From Octopus sinensis (Eukaryota): DNA of 64,000 nucleotides. The position numbers and the translations under genes are program-made. Of the stretch, positions 49,520-62,747 are shown piece after piece. The first letter of the stretch is position 1. Every line of letters starts with the position of its first letter. The notes below the pieces were generated by a model. It was not told the DNA's origin, did no database searches, and was given only the letters and a program-made list of their open reading frames with translations. Location of the stretch: the NCBI RefSeq assembly GCF_006345805.1, contig NC_043022.1, positions 17,794,001-17,858,000 on the forward strand. The letters run 5' to 3'.

Positions 49520-49905
49520 ATATATATATGAGTGAAGGTGCATGGCTTGGTGGTAAGGATATTTGGCCCATGATTGTAGGGTTGTGAGTTCAATTCCCAG
49601 GGGCATGTTGTGCCTTTGAGCAAGGCACTTTATTTCACATTGTCCCAGTCCACTCAGCTGGCAAAAATGAGTGGTACTTGCAGACGGAGTGCCAATGTGT
49701 ACCAATATCTTACTTCTAACCACACTATGGGACCAGCCTGGAGTAATTGCAGCCAAGTTCCTGGTAGCCATTTTGGACTTCTTGCATCTCTTCAGTCAGT
49801 TAACTGAGACCCAAAAACTCGGTTTCTGGAAGCCTTTGAAACTTTGTCACATGAGGCCAAATCAAGCGGCTTTGAATAATAATAATAATAATAATGGGGA
49901 CACGG

Positions 49906-49962
<57 letters not shown>

Positions 49963-51299
49963 CACATATACACAATTTAATATAAATCATCAAGGAATTC
50001 TTCTAATTATCATCAAAAGTTCAATATTTGCCATTACATAAAGCAAGAAACTGTCATGCAGTGTGTGTGTGTATCTGGGTACACACACACACATCCACAT
50101 ATAAGAAAAGCAAAACTCATTTGTGAGAGTGCATGCAACGAAGCTAAAATACTTTGAAATAAAATTAGAAAAAAAAAATCAGGAAAAATATTTGAAGCGA
50201 AAAAAAAAAGAAATGAATAAAAAATATGTAAAAGTAAAGGAAAAACAACAACAATAAAAACAACAGATTTAATAAAATATAAACAAATGAAACAAAAAAC
50301 AACAGTTTGGTGTGGATGAAATAATGAAACAATATAGAAGGAACCCCATTAGGTAACGGGTACGTCATTCAGGGATGAGAGGTAGTGTTAGTCATGGCTG
50401 GATTAGAATCAAGACAATAAGTGAAGACAGTTGATCGTTTCTGGTCCTTTATCTCTGCAAACCAAGGACCTGACAGGACGGAGATGTGTATCCGTGTATA
50501 TTAGTGAGGGGTGGCCACATCAAATAAACCCGGACTAATACAGTAAAGGACTTTTTTTTTCTGGTGCTCAACTGATTCTGCTGATCCTTTACCTTTGAGG
50601 GGAGGGGGTCCCAAATAATAACAAGACATGCAACAACAATAACAGAAAGCAAAAAAAAAAAAGGGACAAAAACAAACAAGAATAAATGTAAATAATTTCA
50701 AAAGAAAGAGAAAGCTGAAGGTGGGGAGTTGGTGGAGAGAAATGGGGGTCAAGGAGTCAGAGAGGTATAAAGGGTCAGAATGGAAGAGGTGAGAGATGGG
50801 TGTCTATAAGGGATAGTAGTATTGATGGAGGTGGGGGGATCTTTAGGGCTAGTATTCCAGTCTCTAAGACACTGGTACTTAACCATTTGTTTCATCTATG
50901 GACCTCTTTGATTACTTCTTTATTCTGGCAGACCCCTATTTTGTTTTCCCTGCATTCACTTGTGTAGGTTGAACCCTGTAAGCCGTCAGAGAAACAACCT
51001 CAGCTCTTTCTTGCAATAAATACATCGAATGCAAAATTTTTTTTATGAACCCTGGAAAATACTATTGTAGATCCCCGGTTTACAATTTTGCTTGTGTGGA
51101 CCCCAAAAATCTAATATGAAACTCAAGGGTCCATATGGACCTTGGTTGAGAGCCACAGCTCTAAGAAATTCATTTTGAAATTGCATGGTTTTAGGTCTGA
51201 CCCTACCATGTGATTGATACCTTGGGCAAGATTTTCTACCCTAGCCACCTTTTTTTCCCATAAGAATCAGGGAAGCCAGTGCTCTACTCTAGCTTGAGG

Positions 51300-51780
51300 T
51301 TTCTTGGAATGAAATATGACAATCAGGCAATAGTACGTGATCAAAGCAATCATTCCCACTTGACCTTTAAGGGGCAACTTTCTCCTGACCCACTTCTGAA
51401 TGAGACTGGCCACTCCCACCACCTCTTCCCAGCTCCTGTCCACCTGGAGGTCCAGACTAAGTCTAATGACAGGATTCATCACTGGTCAACATGGATTTGC
51501 TTCTCCAAAGGCCAAGGGACAAAGTTATCCAATGGCCCCAGGCGATGTCTGCTCCTCCATACTGTCCGTGTTCATCATGTCCAAAGTGCCCAACACCATA
51601 ACGGTGATGTTGTCTTCATATACGGACACAGCTCTTCTGTGACCCAGTTCAAGCTAGACACTACTCTCCACCGTCTCTGCAGTTCCAAAGCCAAAACCTG
51701 CAGGAGAGGGAGACAGCCTTTTGATGCCAACCAGTTTCAAACAAATGACAAAGTTCACCTCAGCATCATCTGAACTCAGA
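51300..51780 (-). mobile_element. Highly decayed L1/Tx1-like RT fragment
   Basis: Minus-strand KGCLPLLQVLALELQRRW (like QGCPLSPLLYVLALEP) followed, in another frame, by VSVYEDNITV (like YADD). Confidence 0.45.
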
Positions 51781-54700
51781 ATGCACAGAGTTGGAACAAA
51801 TACTTTCACAACATTCTTCAATCTTATGTTCTAACGACATTCTCCATTTTACAACCACCCACCCCCACCCACACACTCTCTCTCTCTTTCTTTCTCTCCA
51901 CATACACTCTTCTTCCTTCTCTCTCACCTCACACACATACCATACACTCTCTTTCTCTCTCTCTCTACACACACACACACATGGTGTAGAAAGCAGAACT
52001 ATTCCTGTTAAATGACTCACTGCTTCTGAGAAATTTGTCATCTGCTGAAGTAGAAAACAAAGAGATATTTAATGGGGGGGGGGACACACAAACAGGTATC
52101 TTACTTCCCCCCTCACCCTTTCACAAATTTAGTAACAATTTTTAAAAAAATCATTTTCCATTTGTGAAGTATTCCATGTAGTTTTCTTTCATTATTTCTT
52201 TATTTTCATTCTCTATTTTTAAAGATTTTTATTCCTTCCATCTCCCCACCTCTCCTTCTCATTCTGTCATTCAGTCATTCATTGATCTTTTCATTCTTTC
52301 ATTCTTATAATCTGATTCATTCTCATTCTGCTATTCACACCTCATTCCATTTTCCTTCCACCAACTCTACACTTGAAGAAGATAATACCAGTTACATACT
52401 GGGGGCCAATTCATCACCACCACCATGGCACAAGCATAAAAGACCTGAAATCAAAACATCCTGAAGTATTTCGTGAACTCCTTTTGTGATCAGGGTTCAA
52501 ATACCATCAAAGCTGAGTTTATCCATCACCCTTCCTGAGTCAATAAGGTACCAGTAAAGGATTAGAGTTGAGTTAATCCCCAATACCCCAATCCCAGGGA
52601 TTGGTGGACTTGTGTCTGAGTTTGATATTACCATCAGTGGCCCTCGGGTGGTGAGCTGGCAGAACCATTAGGACTTTAGGGGGAAATGCTTTGAAGCATT
52701 TTCTCTGTCTTTACATTCTGAGCTCAAATTCCACTGAAGTTGACTTTGCTTTTTATCCTTTCAGGGTTGATAAAATAAATACCAGCTGAGCACTGGGGTT
52801 GATCTAATCAACTTACCCCTCCCCTGAAATTGCTGGCCTTGTGCCAAAATTCGAAGCCATTATTATCTGTGGCTCTCTACATACTGAGTTCAAATCCCAT
52901 CATAGCTCACTTTGCTTTTCATCCTCCCAGTCATGTAAATACCAGTGAAATGATGGGGGTGGTGTCAACTGATCCCCTTTCCTTCAAAATCGTGCCAATG
53001 TTCAGAGTTTCCCTATCCACCCCCTTGATGCAGGGTACAATACCCCCATTACAGGGTACAAAGGAATATGACCCCCCTCACTTCAACTCCATCATGATCC
53101 AAGCTGATCCCTATTCTCTCTCATCTCCAGCACTCACTGGACCCTTTTCAACGTAACACTGCAAAGAAATTAGGGAAAGTCTTTTTTGTTTTCATTTTGG
53201 AAATTCAATTATTATTATTAATATTATCACCATCATCTGCACGATGAGTTTGAAGAAGACTAGGTCTTTGAATTCACTTGCACCACATTCCTTGTAATTT
53301 CAAGAACTGCTGAAAATTCACTGAAGAAATGGTAAAAACATGAAAAATAAAAACAAAAAAATTGTGAAAAGGAAAAAAAAAAGGAAAACAATAAAAGAAT
53401 TAATTTTTTTTTTGTTTTGTTCTTTTGTGTTTTGTTTAGAATCTGTAGGTTGTTGTTGTTGTCATTTAACCCAAGGTCAGCTGTGAACAAGCAGACTTTG
53501 TAATAAAAAAATGTTCCAAGTGTGACCCCCCCCATGCCCTCCATTGGTGTTTACATATCTTGGACTACATCAGGCAAAGCCACACCACCTGTTTGTCTGA
53601 ATACAAATGTTTAAGAAACAAGTCTGTCACAATTTGTTGGATGACAATAAAACGAAAGAGACAGCAGGAAACACAAAACTGTGACAATCACAAAACAGCC
53701 AGAAGCCTGTTGTGTGATCGTTATGTAATCTCGTTATGGCATAAATTAAACAGCATTGATAACATTTAAGGTGTGTAGAGTTCACCATTAATAGGCATAT
53801 TTGTCTGACATTGTCAACAATGAACAAGGACATCACATGAGAGAAGAAGACTGGGAATGGTGTGTCCAGATGTGACCAACCAGTCGAATGCCATTTATAA
53901 ACAGGGATCATTTAGCTGTTTCTCCAGAGACAGGAAAAACTATGACCAACCTTAATTTTCAAATGTTACTGAATTCTCATTGCAGGCATCGACATTAATT
54001 TGAACACTCACAGAGAAATAAGCGGCCAGTCTGTTTCCAAACTCAGCAATTACAGAAAGCTGGGGCCGCTAATTTGCATACTCTGAGTTTTAGCCGGTTA
54101 TTTGAAATTAGCAGGGGTTGAAAGTGTGTGTTGGGTACTCTAAACAACTGGTGTCAGCTGTTAAAGTACAAACTGTGCGGTAATGGTGTCATATTATATT
54201 CTGATGGGTTCTGAGGGAATTAAATGTAAAGATTACGGATTTAATGAACTCCTTAATGAAGTAATAACAATGACTGTGACGCTAATTATTCTGCTAATTT
54301 ACTGCCCCCTCCCCCAACCTGCTTTAACATCTGCCAGGTTACAACTTGATGAAGAATCAGCTGAGCAGGTGCAGAGCATTGATGATAATGGGGGGGGGGA
54401 GAAGAGAAAAAGGGTTTGAGGACTAGGGGGCGGGGGTGGATACTAAACCATTCATTTCCTCCTCCTACTACTACTACTGTTGCTACATGGTGACTATACC
54501 ATAAACAAAGCATTGTCCCCTCCCCTCCTGCTCAGGGAACTGATCCCTCATAAACTGATCCCTCTGTAGCTTTCATAAAACATTTGGTGGTTGTTGTTTT
54601 AGCCCAAGGTCAGTCCTGATTGTGCAAACCAATCACAAGCATTCTAACCACGACCATCTCATCTTTTCTCACAAACATCATATTATTTAATAAATTATTT

Positions 54701-55391
54701 AACATCATCTTAGAACTGTCCCCTCTTAACACAGTAAGGTGTGGGTCCAGGGAATTTTGGCTGCTATTTTTAGCAGGTTGCATGACCATGTCAAGGCTTT
54801 TTTGATAATTTGTTGTTGTTGTTGTTAGTGGGGTGGGGGTGAAGGTGGTGAACTGGCAGAAGGTGGTGAACCGGCAGAATTGTTACACTGAATAAAATGC
54901 TTAGCATATTTCTTGAAACCTCACATTCTGAGTTCAAATTCCACCGAGGTCAACATTGCTTTTCATCCTTTCAGGGTCAATGAAATAAGTACCAGTTATA
55001 CACTGGGGCTCGATGTAATCGACTCACCCTCTCCCCACCAAATTTCAGGCCTTGTGCCAACCCAAGAAAGGATTTTTATCAAATAGTTTCATTAAACTCA
55101 GAAGAAATAAACCTCTGACATGGAGACAGCCTAGATATTGTGCTGTCACTGGGCCACAGAAAATGGTGAATTGGAGGATTTCATCACACTTCAATGTCCC
55201 AGTTTTGATAGGGTCTCTGTGGCTGAATGCCCTTCCCAATACTGAACTGGGTTGTTGTCATGGGAACAGCCACAAGTGAAGTTGGCTTCAAACATGGAAC
55301 ACAATGTTCGTTTTGTTGTTGCTGTTGTTTAGCCCTGAGTCTGCTCTGATCAAAGCAGACCTATGATCAAATGTTATGTACCACAGTATAT

Positions 55392-55422
<31 letters not shown>

Positions 55423-55669
55423 GTGTGAGAGAGAGAGAGAGAAAGAGAGAGCATGAAAACAAATTAATAAAAAGAATATTTGATAAAACAACATTTCTCT
55501 GTAGAAAGAACATTGGATCCAAAAAACAAAAAAAACATCACAAGTTATTCTGGTCTAAGGAAGAGGATTTCAAAGAAACAAAAACAATATAGCATAGTTG
55601 AAATTCTTTGAAAGTTTATAAACATAAAATTTAGATTGTTTCAAGGGAAAAATGGCATAATAATAATAA

Positions 55670-56657
55670 TGGTTTCAAATCTTGGCACAAGGCCAGCAGT
55701 TTTAATATGGAGATGGCTTGTTGATACAATCAACATGAATGCTTGACTGGTACTTTATCATATCAATCCCTAAAAGGGATGAAAAATAAAGTTGACCATG
55801 ACAGGATCAGAACTAAGGACATGGAGAAGGAACCAATAATGGCAAGGTACTTTTTCTGACATTCTAAAGATATTGCCAATTATTATTATCATTATTAGTC
55901 ATTAGTGCACTGGACAAAATGCTTAGTGGTATTTTGCTTGTTGCTGAGTTCAAATTCTGCCATGGTTGACTTTGCCTTTCATCCTTTCGGGGTAGATAAA
56001 TTAAGTAACAGTGAAACATTGGGGGGTCGATGTAATCAACTTCTCCCACCAAAAATGGCTGCCCTGTGGCAAAATTTGAAATTATTAATTAAAGCAGTGA
56101 TTGGTGGAATGCTGAGTGGCATTTCCTCCATATCTTTACGTTCTGAGTTCAAATTCTGCTGAGGTCAACTTTGCTTTTCATCTTTTCAGAGTCAAATACC
56201 AGTGAAACACTGGGGTCAATGCAACTGAGTAGGCCCTCCCAACAAAGGATTATTATTATTGGCAAGCTGGGCAGAACACTTGGTGGTATTTCATTGAGCT
56301 GGCAGAAACGTTAGCACGCCGGGCGAAATGCTTAGCAGTATTGCGTCTGCCGCTACGTTCTGAGTTCAATTCTGCCGTCGACTTAGCTTTTCATCCTTTT
56401 GGGGTCGATAAATTAAGTACCAGTTACGCACTGGGTCGATTTAATCGACTTAACCCGTTTGTCCTCTCTGTGTTTAGCCCCTTGTGGGTAGTAAAGAAAT
56501 AGGTATTTCGTCCTCCCTTATGTTCTGAGTTCAAATTCTGCCGAGGTCGACTTTGCCTTTCATCCTTTTGGGGTCAATAAAATAAGTGCACTGGGGTTGA
56601 TGTAATCAACTGAACCCCTCCCCCAAAATTTCAGGCCTTGTGCCTATAGTAGAAATG

Positions 56658-56700
<43 letters not shown>
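55670..56700. mobile_element. Cluster of about five SINE family B copies (central motif gcctttcatcctttcggggtcgataaattaagtaccag)
   Basis: Repeated tgagttcaaattc..gaggtcgactttgcctttcatcc blocks at ~55670(-), 55900, 56100, 56295 and 56510(+), ending in (ATT)n; other copies 7411-7590(-), 20390-20590(-), 52625-52860(+), 54835-55055(+), 58680-58820(+), 58950-59170(-). Confidence 0.85.
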
Positions 56701-56708
<8 letters not shown>

Positions 56709-59354
56709 AAAAGAAAATGAAACTAGAATGCTGTTGAAGTAGCAAAACATGAGACGTTGGTTGGTTTGATTTGGTTGATGTTTATCATGAAAGAAACAGT
56801 TAAAAAAAAAAAAAGGATTTTCTTTCGTCAAACAATGATAAAGCAAGATTTTGGAAAAGAATTGAAAGGAAAAAGTAAATAACTTGTTGTTGTTGAATCT
56901 CAGGTCTGCTTTTGATCAAATCCCTCCAACCATTTTATTTCTATTGTAGTTTCTTTCCCCCACCCAGGGATTGTGTACCTAGGACTACATTATCCACTAT
57001 GTTCCATTTTATTTTAAAGTAGCAAGGAAACTTGCTACTATTTCTAGCACAGCAAGTGACCATGTAGAGATTGGTTGTTGTCTAGCGAATGGTGAGTGTT
57101 TGACTGAATCAGTAAACATAAGCCACAGAGGTTTTACACAGCCAAATGATTAACAGCAACCCCTGGGGAACATATTTGCCAAATCTTATTTAACAAGGTT
57201 GTGGTTGAGATTGAACTTGGGACTCATGATTGCCAGCCAAACAGAATTGTTATCTCATTTTCCCATCTTTATTTATACACAAATGGTATGAACACTTGTT
57301 TACATATATCCACTTAATATATTGGCACTCTGCCAGTTATGGTGAGGAGTGTTCCAGTTGATCCGATCAACAGAACAGCCTGCTTGTGAAATTAATGTGC
57401 AAGTGGCTGAGTACTCCACAGACATGTGTATCCTTAATGTAGTCGTCAGGGAGATTCAGTGTGACACAGAATGTGACAAAGCTGGCTCTCCTTTGAATTA
57501 CTGGTACAACTCCTTTTTGCCAGCAGAGGGGAGACTGGAACAATGTGAAATAAAGTGTCTTCTCAAAGACACAATGCACTGCCAGGAATTGAACCTGTGA
57601 CCTTACAACTGAGTGCTGGACACCCTAACCACTAAGCCAACATGCCTTCACACTCTTATGTATTCCCACCACAATGACAAGGGAGAGACAAGATATCGAT
57701 GATGTGTGACACAAAGAAAACCATTGCAACGTGTGCCATGTGGAGTGTCTGGTGAGAAAGCCTGGCATTGTCCAGCATTTGTTCTGTGTTAGTTGACCAA
57801 TGGAGGAAGTGACGACATTGAGGGGTGAGGTGTTACAAAAGGAACACCAATGGGTGATTGCTGTTGCATGGTCTGGACCAAGCAACGGTGAAACTCAGTG
57901 TTTAAACAACAGGAAACCATTTGGGAATGTTTAGATTTTTTTTTTATCTGGACATGTGGGGCTTTTAATAAAAGGGTCAACAACTTTACCACTGTTTTAT
58001 AGTAACAACCTTAAGGAAAGTAACAAAACAGCAAAAGAAACACAGACACACACAAAGAAAGAAACATACTGATACACACACACACACACACACACTGATA
58101 TATGTACATAGACAGGCATACGTATACACACACAGACAGGCATGCACACACAGAGAAAGGCATAATATACACACATACACACACACTTCTGCTGGTAAAA
58201 CTGTCTGTAAAAATGAATACTGAAATCATATCTCAAAAACATCTTATTAATTAGTAAAATGTTTCTAATGACAACATTAAAATAATGATTATTGGATTAA
58301 ATGTTGGCTTTAGTTGGATCTGTTGTGGAAATTCCTGATAATCTCTCAGAGATGCTGCAGCTTTATCTGATGAATTCTTCAACTGAATTCCTTCATCTAC
58401 AGAATTCTAGAAGAATATTTAAAGAATTTTGTAAAATTGTAATAAACACTCAATGAATTATTAACAATAACAGCAACAAATCAATACTGGTATCATTATT
58501 ATTATTATTATTACTGTTTGGTAGTTTGAGGTAAATTTCTACAGCATCCCATGCTACATCTCCATCTTGCTGCGGTGTGTGCAGCGTTTGTGCAGTTGGG
58601 GGTGTGCAAACTCTTTCTGGTATTGTACTGTGTTTGTTGTTTTTTTTTTCTCTTATACATAATGGCATTTCTTTCAATCTTATGTTCTAAGTTCAAATTC
58701 TGCCAGGGTCAACTCTGTTTTATTCTTTCAGGATTGTAAAAATAAAATTCCTGTCACATCCAGGAGTCAATGGCTGACACCCACTCCCCTTAAATTTGCT
58801 AACCTTATGCCAAGATTTGAACTTGCTGTTTCTTACATAGACACAGGGTCTCAAATTGGACGAAGGGAGCAGTCAATAATAAGAGACCCAGGACTGGCAC
58901 TTCAACAGAAGAATGTTAAAGAAAGTTGACTTTGACATAACATAATAATAATAATGATTTCAAATTGTGGCACAAGGCCAGCAATTTCAAAGGAGGAGAT
59001 AAGTTGATTACATTGACACCAGTGCACAACTAGTACTTATTTTATTGCCCCTGGAAGGGATGAAAGCCAAAGTTGACCTTGGCAGAATTTGGGCTCAGAA
59101 CATAACGATGGACGAAATACCGTTAGGCATTTAGCTTGGTACGCTAACGATTCAGCCAGCTCACCACCAAAGTAGTAGTAGTAGTAATAATAATAATAAT
59201 GATGAAAACAATAATAATAATAATAATAATGATAATAATAATGTGAATAGCTAAATTCCAGAGAAAAGAAAGAAGATTATTTCAAAGAAGATAAATGTTA
59301 AGTTGGAATGGAACTGAAACGAAGAGAAATATTTGTGATGTGAATAAAACTTAC

Positions 59355-59448
59355 CTGATTTTGTTGCCGATTTCAAAGGAGCATCAATGGACTCATAGAA
59401 ATCATCATCATCATCATCGTCATCATCAACTCTATTAGTGTGCTTAAC
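59355..59448 (-). CDS. Ephexin: Ephexin exon (most 5' found): VKHTNRVDDDDDDDDDFYESIDAPLKSATKS
   Basis: ctctattttcag acceptor after a long pyrimidine tract, G|gtaagt donor; phase 0 to 1 matches the next exon (G+AT=Asp). Confidence 0.75.
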
Positions 59449-59454
59449 CTGAAA

Positions 59455-59900
59455 ATAGAGGGAGAGAGAGAGAGTGAGTGGAGGGATAGAATAAAGAGAG
59501 AATGGAGGGAAGCTGAGGGATGGAGAGTGAGTGAGAGTTAGGTAGAGAAAGAGAGAGTGAGACAGAGAGGGAGAGAGAGAAAGAAGTGAGTGGAGATGTA
59601 ATGGCATAATGGTTGATGTTGCTGTTGGTGGTGTGAGAGAGGAGATAAGAAAGATAGGTAAAGAACAGAGAGAGAGAGATGAGAGTAGTGGAAGGAGAGA
59701 AGGGGAGTTTGATGAGAGAGAGAGAGAGGGGGCAGAGGGGCGGGTGATGAGAGATAAAAGAGAAAAGTGAATGTGGGAAGCCGGGGAAAGATTGAACACA
59801 CAGAAGGGGGAGGAGAGAGAGAGATGAGGAAAAGGATAAGATTGAAAATGGAGAGTAAGAGGAGGAGGAGAGAGATCAACAGAGATAGTAAGGGACATCA
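59455..59900. repeat. ~450-bp GA-rich purine tract (pyrimidine tract on the transcribed strand)
   Basis: Almost exclusively G/A on the plus strand, immediately upstream of the exon 59448 acceptor. Confidence 0.85.
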
Positions 59901-60043
59901 TCATCATCTTTTACTTCTTTCAGATAGATAGAGAGAGTGTGTGTGTGTGTGGAGGATAAAGAAGGAGACGAAATAAAAGATGGAATTGAAGATGCAACAA
60001 CAGAAACAAGAGCAACAAAAGTAAAGAAAAAAGTGTAAAAGGA

Positions 60044-60086
<43 letters not shown>

Positions 60087-61619
60087 AAAATAAAGAAAAA
60101 GGAATGAGAGAGATGTGAGTGTCTAATTGTATAACATGTCTCTCAACAGCAGGGTAGAGGCTGTGGGCTGGGGTGGGGCAGTAATGCTGGAAGTGGGTAT
60201 TTAGAAATGTATAACAATTTATATAACATGTATACAAATACACGGAAATATACACCACGTGTATATACATACATACATATGTATATCGTAAAAATACACA
60301 TACACCAAAAATCCAATGCTGAACGACTAAAAATAGCAAAAAGTAAGGAAGTTTTTTAAACATCAGTGAGAGGAAAACTAAAATATTTAGAGAAAAATTC
60401 AAGAGAACAAAAAGAGAAAAAAATTGGTTTAGAGAGATTGTTAATGGAGAAAAAGGAAAGAGAAGAGTTCGGACGGAATGGATAATATTTGGAAGTGGAG
60501 AGATTTAAAATAGAGGAAAATATATAAGGAACGCTACAAGAGTGACAGAGCTGGAAATGGCTGGGGTTGAACTCTAAGCCACACACTGATTGGTTAAATT
60601 AAGGTTTGGAAGCTTCAGTCTGCCAGAGCCCCTCAGGAGGTATCTGAAGGGAAAATTTAATCATTTCACTCCAATTGTTAAATGTGAGGCAAAAATGTTC
60701 ACCAGAAGATTGTTATAAAACATGAAAGCACTTGTGATATGTAAAGTGGTGAAATTGTTAAAACACAAAAATATAATGTGAAGATTTAATTATGTTGGAG
60801 TTTGATGAACCAGCACACACACACACACACACCACACACGTAGCCAGATGAGGTTTGACAGGTTCAGAGGAACACAATAGGAGCTCCAGGAAAATTACAG
60901 AGATAATAGGGGATCTATTTTCATATTTGAGAAACTTCTCAGTTAAAATTTTCGACACACACACACACCTGTATTTTTGGACCCTGCCAATCCTATCTTT
61001 CTTGTTTCCCCCTCTATCCTTAGCTTTGTCCACCCCCACTACTGCCAATCCCCAGAGATACCCTTATCTTTTTTCTCATTATATTCTTGCACCTCCACTC
61101 ATTCTGGCCTTACTCTCTCCCTCTTTCTCTCTCACTAAAGTACATACCCTTGATTACTGAATACCCCCTAAACTTACACCCCTAGCTCCCACCTCTCAAC
61201 TCTCCATTCCCCATCCTCAGTCTACACCCCTTATATTACAGAGTTTTTCCTACATTTACTGCATACAAGACACCCCACATCCTATGCTGGTGTACATCTT
61301 TGATGCTGGTGCCATGGAACTGCACCCAATACAGATTGATAAAGGAGCAGAGAAAGTGTAGGGCTATGAGGTCCCTTACATCCCATCTCACTGAGGTCTA
61401 TTCAACCTCTCCAGTGTTAGTTCTATGAGGATATCCATGCAGCCTTCTCTATCAAGTGGTTGGTGACAGGAAAGGCATCCAACAGTAGAAACCAAGACAA
61501 TTGACATTTCAAATATCCAGTCTTTTAAACAGAGAAGCAGGACCTGGGTTGCGATGAAACATCCGACACATGACAGCATGGAAAAGTGCACATAAAATTT
61601 TATATATATATATAAAGGA

Positions 61620-62215
61620 GCATGTGTGGCTGTGTGGTTAGAAGTTTGCTTCCCAAACACATGGTTCCGGGTTCAGTCTCATTGCATGGAACCTTGGGCA
61701 AGTGTCTTCTATTATAGGCTCTCGACAACCAAAACCTTATGAGTGGATTTGGTAGACAAAAACTGTGAGAAGCCTGTCATATACACACACATACATACAT
61801 TTATATATACACACACACACACACATCATCATCATTTAATGTTTGTTATCCATGCTGATTTGGCATGGTTTCTACAGCTGGATGCCCTTCCTAATGCCAA
61901 CCACTCTGAGAGTGTAGTGGGTGCTTTTCTTGCGCCACTGGCACAAGTGCCATTTACATGGCACTGGCAACACACACACACCTATGTATACAGATGTGGG
62001 CATGTAAATGTCTTTGTGTCTGTGTTTGTTCCCCATCACTACTTGGCATCTGGTGTTGGTGTGCTTATGTCCCCATGACTTAGCAGTTTGACAAAAGAGA
62101 CTGATAGAATAAGTATCAGGCTTTAAAAAAGGACTGGGGCCAATTTGTTCAACTAAACTACTTCAAAATGGTGCCCCAACATGGCCATAATCCAATGACT
62201 GAAACAAGTAAAAGA
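61620..62215 (+). mobile_element. SINE family A interrupted by an inverted RTE-tail fragment
   Basis: Family A head at 61625 and tail at 62200; catcatcatttaa..ggatgcccttcc insert at ~61825-61970. Confidence 0.75.
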
Positions 62216-62700
62216 TATACATACATTCTTTTATTTGTTTCAGTCATCTGACTGTGGTCATGCTGGAGCACCGCCTTTTATATACACGCAAATATATACA
62301 CATATATATCCACACATACACACAAATATTCATATATAAATACATAGACACATAAATGTATGTGTACACATACATACATTTATCCATACAAAAAATATTC
62401 ATTTCTACAAATACATTCACACACACATTTATGCATGGACAGCTAGATACATGCAAATGGGTGCATGCAATGCAAATGAATGTAAAACCAGACACACGCT
62501 CTTATACACACACACACACACACACACACATTCATTAAAACATAACAATGTGTGCAAAACCGTTTATATTTCCTTCTACAACAACATAAACATATTATTA
62601 TATGCCAATGTAGTTTTCATATTCTATACCCTTGTGAATGCATATGCATAAGATATTAAAATAGTCCCTCATCCATCTATCTATTTATATATATCATCAT

Positions 62701-62747
<47 letters not shown>

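Larger units (their letters stand above)
19962..59448 (-). other. Ephexin: Ephexin-family Rho guanine nucleotide exchange factor gene (DH-PH-SH3; ARHGEF26/NGEF/ARHGEF16-like), 5' end incomplete
   Basis: 17 exons joined by GT-AG splice sites with consistent phases (2265 nt, 755 codons incl. stop). Family motifs: EPLYQ, LWHEMPQV..SGLL, DH start QEAIFEVITSEASYLKSL, LLLPMQRITRIPLL, PH LFLFNDLLLLTKK, SH3 DELSL..NDVV..DGWYYGER..DGETGWFP. Confidence 0.93.

Noticed and set aside
57650-57990. Possible decayed L1/Tx1 3' zinc-knuckle region
   Set aside because: Only weak Cys/His hints with stops; not supportable.
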